From NCBI GenBank assembly GCA_964016885.1, contig OZ024740.1, positions 387,686,001 through 387,750,000 of the forward strand: 64,000 nt of DNA, written 5' to 3'. The stretch's first letter is position 1, and each line of letters opens with the position of its first letter. Source of the DNA: Eledone cirrhosa (taxonomy: Eukaryota). The translations under genes were made by a program, and so were the position numbers. Below are positions 53,461 to 64,000 of this stretch, piece by piece. The notes under the pieces were generated by a model. The model searched no databases. It saw only the letters and a program-made list of their open reading frames with translations, and had not been told where the DNA came from.

Positions 53461-54972
53461 ATAATCATCTATGTATTTTTGAAAACTTATTTCCTAATAT
53501 TCCATTCTTAGAATAACTTGTAAATATTTGAGCACTCTTAAATAGATGAATATCATTCTGTTGTAAATACGATTAAAAAAACATGTGCACATGTATAAAA
53601 CAAATGATATACTTATAACTGTGTAAAGTGCGTGACGTGAACAATCTGGTGTGTTTATTTTGTGGCTTATCAATGTATGCAATGAGTTTCTCTGCCCTAG
53701 ATGTTGGAAAGACACTTGGCAAGAAATAGAAACAAAACCGAAGGAAGAGGAAAACATAAATAATAATAGTAATAATTATTATTTCTATATTGGCCAATAA
53801 AACCGAAACGTAAAGGGCAATACACAGGCACAGTGGAGATTATATCAAATTTACTAGGGAAGTACTTCACTCTCTACCCTCACCTTCCTTCCAAGTAGAA
53901 CTTGAAAAGGTCGATGAGGGTTTGACCAAACAGGAAATATAACGAAGGAAGTGTGGTAAGGGCTGTAACTCTATGCGTCAAAGCATGGAGTCCGACCCTC
54001 TACCTGGCGAGACAATCAACGCGAATAGACCAGATACCATAATAAAAGATAAAAAAAACAAGACGTGCTTCATTGCTGATTGCAATTTACCTTTTAAAAT
54101 ATTTGAAAAAAATCGAAGTACAAGGATCTTGAAATAAAAATAAAAAAAAATGTTAGGTATGAAACACATCACTATTTCAGATATAGTTGTAGCGCTGCGC
54201 CTGATAAACAAGGGAACTGACAAATTCTTGGATTTTATACTAGGTAAACCTTGTATAAAAGGAATTCAGAAAGTACCGAGGAAAGAGAAAACATTCCTGA
54301 AGATAGCATTTTTCAGGTGTATTCATATACACTCATGTCATGCATGTTATATAGGTCAATTGGAAAAACTATAATCAACCGAGATTGATCTTGGATTCGT
54401 AATACGAGAACTCCTTTTAGAGGCCTTCAAATATCGAAAAATCACACATGGTGATGTATTCCTACACAATGATTTGATCTAAAATTTTGGGAACGAGTTT
54501 AGTCGAAACAGTAAGAAGTGAACCTTATCATAAGGTTTCGAACTTGCTCGATCTCCTACACATACTAACATCCTGCCAAAAAGCATAATTCTTTTCAACA
54601 GTTGACATCACTGCATTGTCAGAATTCTCCTTAAATACTCCGTCCAAATAGTGCTAAATGAGTATTCCAAGTAGTCGCACAGGTCAACCAGACGTCTCTA
54701 CTCTCGGGTCGTCATGAGTAAGTAGGTAGTAGACTTTGCTATTTTATTTATAATTTACTGGTTCTAATCCTTGGACTCCGGTTGTTATTCCTGTTTTGCT
54801 TTGTCTCAAATGGACACATCACGACAACAATATACACAGGCAAACACATTCAGACACAGACTATCAATATATAAATTTACAATGCATTTCCCTAAACACC
54901 CACCATTCACACGGTATTTGCTAACACGTGCTCTAATTTTGGCATATTTTGAATGAAATTTCAATATCTTAC

Positions 54973-55103
54973 CAGCAAAACAACAATGATCGGAATGTAT
55001 ATGATAAATATAAAAGGAAGTGTAGTGTATTTTTCCCAGCATTTTTCCTTATAATAATAATGCATTATTATTGACCATGAAACTGTTATCACCACAGGAA
55101 TGC
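54973..55103 (-). CDS. Class B1 GPCR exon (TM4b-ECL2-TM5a): (G)IPVVITVSWSIIMHYYYKEKCWEKYTTLPFIFIIYIPIIVVLL
   Basis: GxP continuation and ECL2 CW motif; poly-T acceptor ending TATAG; GTAAG donor; 131 bp, phase 1 in, phase 0 out; translated by hand (not in ORF track frame). Confidence 0.9.
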
Positions 55104-55904
55104 CTATAAAAAAAAACAAGCATAAAAAATAAAAGAATGATTATTTGACACAACACAATAAATTCTATGATATTTTCAGAGCTTCGTAGACAGAATGCAT
55201 AATAAACACATATGTGCTTTATAATTTTGCAGAAGTTTGCCTGTCCATTGAGTTAAATAATTAGTTCTGTTACCATTTGCTTCATAGAGAATTACAAATA
55301 TGTTATTTCAATGCTGCTCAAGCATTAGCGCATTGGAATTTGGGTTATTTCTTTAAATAAAATAATATTTTATATGATCATATTTACCTTTTCTTACATT
55401 TAATGAAATAATGTCTTAAACAGTCATTCATCTTCTTAACGCTCACCATAATCAAAGCTACATTTAAATAACTATTTTTGCGGGTTGTTTTTAATTAATT
55501 ATGACAAGCACCGCTGAAACTGAAATTATTAAAATATTTTGGACAAATTTAAACAAAATACAAAATTATTTTTGTGTAATACAATACCATATTCCTAGGA
55601 GACGGAGTTTTGCTATAAATTATGTGGTGAGAATGGATGCTATTTTGCATTGGAAATTGCAGTTGGAGATATTATTGACAGTTGTCGTGGATGTAAAAGA
55701 AATGTAATTCTCAGCACGCTGCATGATTTTTATATCTTTCATATAAATATACTTTTTTACTCTCTCCCTGGGTTCACTCAAAGGGCTGCAGTTATGTTGG
55801 TGAACGCTCTTTCTAGGTTTAATCGAAAACTGCAATATGAAAGATATTTCTTTATACTGTGGAATAATTTACTTTAAAGAGAAAAACATTTGGTAAATAC
55901 GTAC

Positions 55905-56061
55905 CCCAGCCAATAAAATAGAATAATTTAAATGGAGCCTTTGTATTAAAAACTGAAACTACAATTCGATTATGAAGAAAGAGACCTTCGACGAACATCC
56001 AAAATATATTAGCTAGGGCGCTGTACTGTAGAATTATCGTCATTGATTTGCACAACCAGTC
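55905..56061 (-). CDS. Class B1 GPCR exon (TM3-ICL2-TM4a): DWLCKSMTIILQYSALANIFWMFVEGLFLHNRIVVSVFNTKAPFKLFYFIGW(G)
   Basis: FWMFVEGxxLH and IGWG class B signatures; tttctgtAG acceptor and GTACGT donor; 157 bp, phase 0 in, phase 1 out. Confidence 0.93.
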
Positions 56062-56289
56062 CTACAGAAATAACAAGAGAAAATGAGAAAATGTAAACAC
56101 GTATATTTGTAAATACAGACAGACAGACAGATACAGACAGACAGACACAAACACACACACACAGGGTGTCCCCCCAAATGCATACACACTTTGATTACCT
56201 GTACAGGCAGTATTTATTAGAATGCTGTTGAATCGTGCAATGGCCATACTCGATAACGAGAGGGCAGCCATCATATATATGATATGATA

Positions 56290-56368
<79 letters not shown>

Positions 56369-57509
56369 TATATATATATATAGTGTGTGTGAAACTCTTT
56401 ACGAAAATCTCATTACTGAATTTTACCTCGTGGTGAATAGGCTTTCTGATGAATTGTAATAAATAATTAAGTATTGCATATGATTGAACAATATATATTG
56501 TAGTCAGCATATGTAGACAATTTAAAATAGAATAAATTCATAATCTCTTCACGCCGACGTTTTATTTTTCTTGGTGCAATACTTGTTTATATATAAATAT
56601 ATATGAAAACATATAAATATATATAATACGTTTATATACAATAAACATATGGGCATCCTCACTGCTGAAAAATAATATTCTTTCGTAACGTAACGAAAAA
56701 CACCTTTTTCTCTATTTTAGGACAATAGAGTTTTGATCAAAATTAAGTAGTTAAGAGTAGATATTGGATTTCATCACGTTTAAAATAGAATTCATATGAA
56801 CACTTCGAATTATAGTTCATTGTGTTGGAAGAGCCATAATTATATTTCTAATAACCTGCATGTCAGTTTTTATTTCAAGGATTTTTTTAGAAATATTCAT
56901 ATTAATCTCTGACATTAACCATATTTTAAAACAAACGTTTTTTATAATATGAGCATGTTAAAGATGCCGCAATATGTCCTGGTACACAATTATACTGCCT
57001 GATTAAGTACAGGAAGTCAGAAAAAGTAGAAGAAAGATATTTTCAAGTAATAATGTCTATATTTTTAGCTCTCTAGTTCTAACAGACTAATTGACTCAAA
57101 CTGAAGAAAATATCTTGAGTATTAAATAAGGACTTTACCACTTATATGCACTTAAAACATTTACGAGCATCCAGAATATTTGATATAACACTACAACAGT
57201 AATCCGAAGCCCAAGTGTTCTAATTCCATTTGCTATAAAACATAAAATCTAATCCAGTCACACTCCGAACACACGGTAAAAGCAGATATGATTCCATGCC
57301 TACAAACATTTAAGAAATACGTATTAGAACATTCAGATTATTAGTTATATGAATATAGAACTTCCAAGTCTACCCACTTTAATTCCACATGCTTACTTAC
57401 TATATGAGAACACTAACAATTTCAGAATCGTTACTTTTTCCCTTTTAAATGTAGCTAAATTCAATATATTCAGTCATATGACTTTACAATAGTAATTGCT
57501 TTCACTTTA

Positions 57510-57579
<70 letters not shown>

Positions 57580-57799
57580 ATACAAAGCTATTTTCCGAGG
57601 GCCTAAAGATGCATTGCATTCAAAGAAATTCACATAGTGGGATGCAATAATCATCGGAAGTAAATATATATTATTAAAAATGGCGACATCCTAAATTTCA
57701 TGAAGCTGATAATCCGGGCATGACTAACTCCGATTTGCTGTTTAAATTTAAGCAGCTTTCCAATTGCCTTCTATTGTATTGTGTTACATACATAAACAT

Positions 57800-57860
<61 letters not shown>

Positions 57861-58284
57861 CATATAGATTATGAATGGATCTAATATGTATGTATGTATG
57901 TACGTACGTACGTATGTACGTATGTATGCATGTATTTTTTTTGTGTGGAGCGAGAGACTCCTAGTCTTCATTCAAACATTCCTCTAGGAGAAGATCAGTC
58001 TGATATAAAACCTGCGACTTCGTTTGCATTCCAATGATGTAGACCAGTTCTTCTATTTGGGCAAATGCATTCGATGTTCAGAGAGTCGAACGCCTTTCCT
58101 CACTTAAAAAAGTTTCAAGCACAGGCATCGCTTGATATCTGACATTTTGTTTGCGATGCATAGTGTGACTGGCCATAGGCAATTCCCTAGCAGGACTAAA
58201 AAGCCACGTCCGTGGTACTCATGTTTAAGTATCAAGCGATGGCATTACTCGAAATCGTGTTGCAGCCATCATGTATGTATGTAT

Positions 58285-58810
58285 GTCAGGTCACTCTCAA
58301 GTGCTATTGGTAACATGTAAACCAGTATAAGCTGTCTCATGGTCGGGTCGTCCGCGACTAAACAGGCAACTCCACCAAGCTTGCTTGGTGAGGAGGATGA
58401 TATTTGGACACCCTGCGGGATGAAATACAAGACCCGGTGAAGGGCGGAGGAACTCAGCAGAGTCAACGGCCATCCAAATAGTACTTTTTTTTGTCACCTG
58501 GGAGTGAAAAGACCCCAGTTGTTGTCACAACACTTTTTTAAGAGAAGGAAACTCTGAAAAAAACCCTGCGGCTTCAGAAGCATTCGATGATGTTGATCAG
58601 TTTTTCTTTTCGGGTAGTGTTTTTGATGCTCAGAGAGTGGGATTGGTCGAGTGCAAGGCCTTTACCCACTTAAAAAAACCTTCAAAGCACAGGCATTGCT
58701 TGCTCAAGATATGTTACAGGTTCGTGTGGCTGGCCGTAGTCTAAAAGTGCACCATTTTCTGTAATTTGACAAGCGATTGCAATACTCCTAGCAGAGTTTG
58801 CAGCCATTAT
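58285..58810 (+). mobile_element. Short interspersed non-autonomous element (RTE-related family)
   Basis: Colinear with 6370-6907. Confidence 0.7.
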
Positions 58811-58829
58811 GTATGTATGTATGTATTTT

Positions 58830-59017
58830 TGGCGGTGGATTGGCAGTATCGGTAGAGGGCCGGACGCCATGCTTTCCAGCATAGTTACGTCCCTTTACGA
58901 TCTGAGTTCAAATCCCGCCGAGGTTGACTTTGCCTTTCGTCCTTACGGGGCCGATAAAATAAAGTACCAGTAATGCACTGGGTAATTGCTGGCTTTGTGC
59001 CTAAAGTAGAAACAATT
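58830..59017 (+). mobile_element. Full-length Meta-core tRNA SINE
   Basis: ggcggtggattggcagtatcggtag head, gagttcaaatccc box B, core, and gtagaaacaattat tail. Confidence 0.9.
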
Positions 59018-60581
59018 ATATATGTATGTATGTTCTTCTGGTTTTATAATTTTATAAATTTTACCAATAGAGAGAGAGAGTCGGTTTCTAACATAGATAC
59101 ACGACTCTCTCATTGGCATTTACACAACATCAACTAGGTGAATATGTCTGCATGTCTGCATACATGCATGTGTGTGCAGGTATGGACATTATTGTATGTG
59201 TGGATGTGGATGTTTTGAGTTATATGTGTGTATGTGCACATGCATTGCATCTGTACATCTGCACATGCAGTTATTAGATGCAGAATTTTTAGAATGTTTT
59301 ACATTGTGGAACTGTGTACACATTTGTTAGTTGTGTATGGGGGTTTTCGGTGTGTTGGTAGTTGTATGTAATCTGCGGCAGCTCACCTTTGAATGTGAAC
59401 CTAGATAAAATCGTCATCGTAAGGAAGCTCGCTAACTAATGTAGCAAATGTTATAGACTTTTCTTGGAATCGCTTTAAAAGAAGAAACCTGCCAGCTGTA
59501 CGATTGTGATAGTCTTCAAGAATAACACAGTATCATATTTACAGTATCGGGGCTCATTTTCAACAGCAATTGGAGATTAGAGAGTGTAATTGAAATAAAT
59601 GGAACTACCCCAGACTGTCACAAGTTTTAGTCTAATTCAGAGTTCCTGGATCGGATAGAACATGAAAATATTGTAAAGATAAATTTTACAAGTTTGCAGC
59701 AACAAGGCTGTCTTGCAATAAATGAAGACACCGGTTCTGCTCCGAGATATATGAAATAATCGCCACAGCCCCCAATACACGTGGTACATGCATGTACGAT
59801 TGTGTTTCTGTACTCGTATGTATGGATAGATTGATGGTTAAACCTGAACGTATTATATATGTATTTTGTGTAATCGAATGTGTAATATGTGTATATATTC
59901 ATATGATTTGGCGCAATTGCGCATAACCGGCGGCTAATTTAACAACTCCACCAAAGCTTGGTGAGGGGGGGATAAATATTTTGGATATGTAGGATACCCT
60001 ACTATTAATACAACTGCATCGACAATTGCAGCATTTGAATCTAAACTATAATAAAGGAAGCAGTGCAGGACTGCGTCCAGAATATATTTTTTTTATCCCG
60101 TTTGTAAAATAAGTTGGATTACTTTGAATAAATAATGAATGAATATTACATAATTTATCTACTAAATTTCGTTATTCTTGATTAAATATAAATAATTTTG
60201 TTGTTTATTTTAAGATTCACTTCTTTAAAATTTTCAAATGTCAACACTTCCAGTTAGCGATCGCTTAAATAAACATTCATATATTTCTGTCACTAATCTT
60301 CTAATGCAGTTTATATATAATATCGTCTTTTTTAATGTATCATGGATTACGTTACTGATTACATAAGACAGTGTAACGCAGTCTTCGTTCAATTTCTATG
60401 TATATTGTCAATTACGATTTTATTTGATGTATCATATCTACATGCATATATACTTGCGTATAATATCAATATGCACACTACACATGCTAGCAGAAAACCA
60501 CCCGAAAGGTGCTTTTCTGCTAGTAAACATAATGAAGAATGGTATTTTGAATATAATATTCAATCCACACATTTTACTTAC

Positions 60582-60708
60582 CACATTTCTGTAGGATACA
60601 TTTTGCTTCATAATATAAGGTTCTGATATGATTACAAAAATGATAAATCGAAGAATAAAGGAGCTGACAAGATTCTTATGGATGGATATACGACTGCAAT
60701 GAAGAGAC
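60582..60708 (-). CDS. Class B1 GPCR exon (ICL1-TM2-ECL1): (R)SLHCSRISIHKNLVSSFILRFIIFVIISEPYIMKQNVSYRNV
   Basis: Has the secretin-family SLxCxRxxIHxNL motif; acceptor ttttAG at 60710-60709; donor GTAAGT at 60581; 127 bp, phase 2 in, phase 0 out. Confidence 0.9.
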
Positions 60709-60818
60709 CTAAAATATATGTAAAATGAAAAATGCATACATAATTGTTTCAAATAGAAGATATCTGTTAAATTTAACTGATATATATATATATATATACA
60801 CACACCATAAATAAATAA

Positions 60819-60885
<67 letters not shown>

Positions 60886-61654
60886 AAGAGAGCTAGCTAG
60901 CTAGATAGATAGATAGGGAGAGAGAGAGAGGTGTAAACATTTAATAGATACTAGAATGGAACGTATTTTCAATTGTAAAACTAACTAGCATAGAATCCGA
61001 TCCCACAACCAAACCTTTAGTCATATAAAAAACTAGGAATGACTTCGATGTTATGTGTTTATTACTATATGTGTATATTCACAGTGCTAGAAGAATGGAG
61101 GATGGAGCTGAATCTTATCTATGGAAACATTAAAATGTCAAAATGACCACTATCTGCTTGAAATACTCGATAAATAATTCTTTAGATCTCTGTGTGAATG
61201 GCCTGACTACTCTATATATGGTCATCTAACTCCTCTATATTCAACAAATCAACTGCCACTCCTGGTGAACTCAAACAGACCCGCCTTACAAAAAAAAAAA
61301 AAAATATGATAATACTGTTACTATCAATGTTAATGTTAGTGTTATTATTGTTATTTGATTAAGAACTCATTTATAAATCTCTTTCCATATCTTTGTTTCC
61401 ATATATTTCTTTATATTTTTATACATTTTATAACTTTATACAATCTAAGTGCTTTCTTGACGGCATACCTTCTCTCTCTATATATATTTTTCCTTGTATG
61501 AACATTGTTCTGCTTTGATATTTGAAGTCGTTTTATCCCGATATCTACATCGGATTATCGATTCTAGATGTAATCGTTTACATATTAATGAAACACTTGT
61601 AAGTTATGTAGTAAATATTGTTCCTTCAATTATGGAATTTGGTGTATTTATGTA

Positions 61655-61718
<64 letters not shown>

Positions 61719-61827
61719 CTCTCTCTTCATCTTCCCCTCTCTCTCTATATATATACATATATATATATCTCCGTCTCTCTCTCCGCCTCTCTCTCTCTTT
61801 CTATCTCTCTCTCTCTTTCTATATCTC

Positions 61828-61940
<113 letters not shown>

Positions 61941-62149
61941 ATGTATGTGTATAATAAATGATTGATAAGTTTCAAAAAGCCAGTACAATGCGGTAGAAAT
62001 ATATAAAGGGCAAATAAAACAAAGGAAAGTAATATTTTATCCAATATATTCAAAATGATATTTCAGGGTTATAGACCTCTTTTCAAATGTGACAGGGAAA
62101 CGGTTCAAAACAAAACCGAATGATCGATATATTCTCCCTTAACTGCGTC

Positions 62150-62800
62150 TGAAATAAGCATGAATGTAGTCATTATAATATCCAATCTGCTTTGTGCATT
62201 CCCAATCTATTATCGTGCAGGTATCTATCTTGTAAAATTTAGTGTACATAGATCCCTCATCTGTGAGTAGGGATCCAGTAGTGCCTAGTTGCTCAACATT
62301 AAAATTCACTCGCGCGTCTACGATTTCGAAGTCGTTGTAAGTCTTGAAAGTTTCTTCCTGTGATGAAGTGAGGATAAGGGTATTTTTTACGTACCCGGAG
62401 AAGAAGGAGCAAGTGCTGTGCACTCCATCTGATACAGAGAAGGTGCACACTCTCCATGCGGAGAGTGTGCACCTTCTCTGGTGTCTGCACGTCATGATTA
62501 TTTCTGATTTCATGTTGACCGCATCATCCTTCAGTCTGACTATCTCCATGGCCTCGGATAGGCATAGCCTGCACTTTATATTTCCAGCCGAATATGCACT
62601 CGCATGCCGAACGATACTCCAGTTAAGGGCATACGGGGTGCCTTTGTCTTTCAAGTCCCACACCAGGTCCGCCAGCCTGGTAGAGTGCCTCTTGCTCCGG
62701 TTCTTGAAAGCGTTCGTGTGGTTATACATCCGCGATTTAAAGGTCGTGGATGTTGCGCCGATGTAGGTGCGCTTTATACTGTCTAGCTCTACACCTCACC
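62150..62800 (-). pseudogene. Chimeric PLE relic: Naiad GIY-YIG (62460-62790) joined through a fold-back to a Penelope-type RT fragment (62150-62410)
   Basis: YIGATSTTFKSRMYNH..CRLCLSE..CRH; downstream FFSGYVKNTLILTSSQE resembles FFSRYVDDILILTSSQD of ORF 27436-28197. Confidence 0.8.
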
Positions 62801-62868
62801 AATGACGTGAGCCTAAACATCGAGTGCTCACCTTGGTGAATCTACAGTAACTTCACTTTACACTCCCT

Positions 62869-62943
<75 letters not shown>

Positions 62944-63132
62944 TCATAGAACATATCATAGAGACACGTCGAAGCAGGTAAAACAAGACACAGAGGGACA
63001 GAAAGAAAATGGTAGAAACGAAACGAAAACGGAAATATAACGTAGAGAATGGGAAAAAATACTTTCTGAGAAATATGAAAATTTTAGTTGTTTGAAATAA
63101 CAGGTTATATTTTATAACTTAAATGTACGTCA

Positions 63133-63811
63133 TCTATATATCTAAAACAGAGAATGTCTGTCTGTCTGTCTGTCTGTCTCCCTAAAACTCGAGAACCACC
63201 CAACCGATTGTTTTCAAACTTTACACATGTAATACTTATGGTCCAGTGAGTGTTTTGAGCAAAAGATATTTCAAATGTTCAATGCCCTAGGTACCGCTTT
63301 AGGCGATTTAGCGATCTCTCTCTATAATTCTTAGTCTTTCTTTTTAGATAGATACATAGATATAACATTGCGCCCTTATAATATCTGTCTGTATGTCTGG
63401 CTGTCTTGCTGTCTGCATTACGACATTATGACGCTATATATGTGTGTGTGTGTGTGTGTATATATATATGTATACGCTATATATGTGTGTGTGTATATAT
63501 GTATATATAGTGTGTGTATATATATATAGAGTGTAACGTTTTTCGAAATATTTACTTCTGCGTTCACAGATTGATTTTTTTAGTTTCAGAAGATCCCGTT
63601 AAGGGTGAAAGCAGCGATTCTTTGCTTAAACTTTAATCTGTTATTTTAATATATATATATAATTATATATTCGTGTACAGATATTTTTGCATACACAATA
63701 ACAAAATATGAACAAACGTATTTATTTCACGAGGCTCGATAAGGATAAATATATATCAAATATATAAGAACCATAGAGCAAATCCTGAGCAACGCCGGGC
63801 CATTTTGCTAG
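63133..63811 (+). mobile_element. Non-autonomous Helitron (679 bp)
   Basis: A|TCTATATATCTAAAAC 5' end, (TGTC)n, 3' hairpin cctgagcaacgccggg, then CTAG|T. Confidence 0.88.
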
Positions 63812-64000
63812 TTACTTCTAATATTCTGTTAATAACTGCTGTAGGATTAGCAGAAGCTGTAAAGCGTCGGTCAAAATATCGTAGGGTATCTTGTAACGCC
63901 GTTTTATGTCATGTGTAACAGTTATTAATTATTACATTCTTCTTTTAAATGTTTAAAACAATTCTTTCATCGTATGATGTTAAACTAATGTTGGTATTAT

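Noticed and set aside
58830-58925. tRNA-like box A/box B sequences
   Set aside because: These are SINE heads, not tRNA genes; no cloverleaf
56380-59130. Partial cores at ~56446 (CTGATGA), ~57101 (CTGAAGA) and ~59110 (minus, CCAATGA..GAAAC)
   Set aside because: Conserved nucleotides are missing or mutated; at most decayed pLTR relics

Overview
AT-rich, microsatellite-dense animal genomic DNA; the repeat repertoire looks like a cephalopod (Octopus-like) genome, which is inference. Only one host gene is visible: a class B1 (secretin-family, CRF/DH44-receptor-like) GPCR on the minus strand. Five of its exons (ICL1/TM2 to TM7a) can be joined by GT/AG sites with matching phases, across a 37.4 kb intron. 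Nearly everything else is intronic mobile DNA. It includes many Penelope-like elements (PLEs: Naiad-type, Neptune-like and Penelope/Poseidon-like RT + GIY-YIG), a 6.07 kb Helitron with both termini, smaller Helitrons, Meta-domain and V-domain SINEs, and RTE, CRE, R4 and mariner relics. The most interesting signals are three. First, at least six core-intact minimal type I hammerhead ribozymes plus several decayed ones. Second, a ~600 bp non-coding element with a textbook hammerhead and a ~467 nt repeat period (candidate retrozyme or non-autonomous PLE). Third, a recurring fold-back architecture at scales from 21 bp to a 3.5 kb near-perfect palindrome carrying a ribozyme at each outer end. Repeat boundaries were read by eye and are approximate unless termini are quoted.
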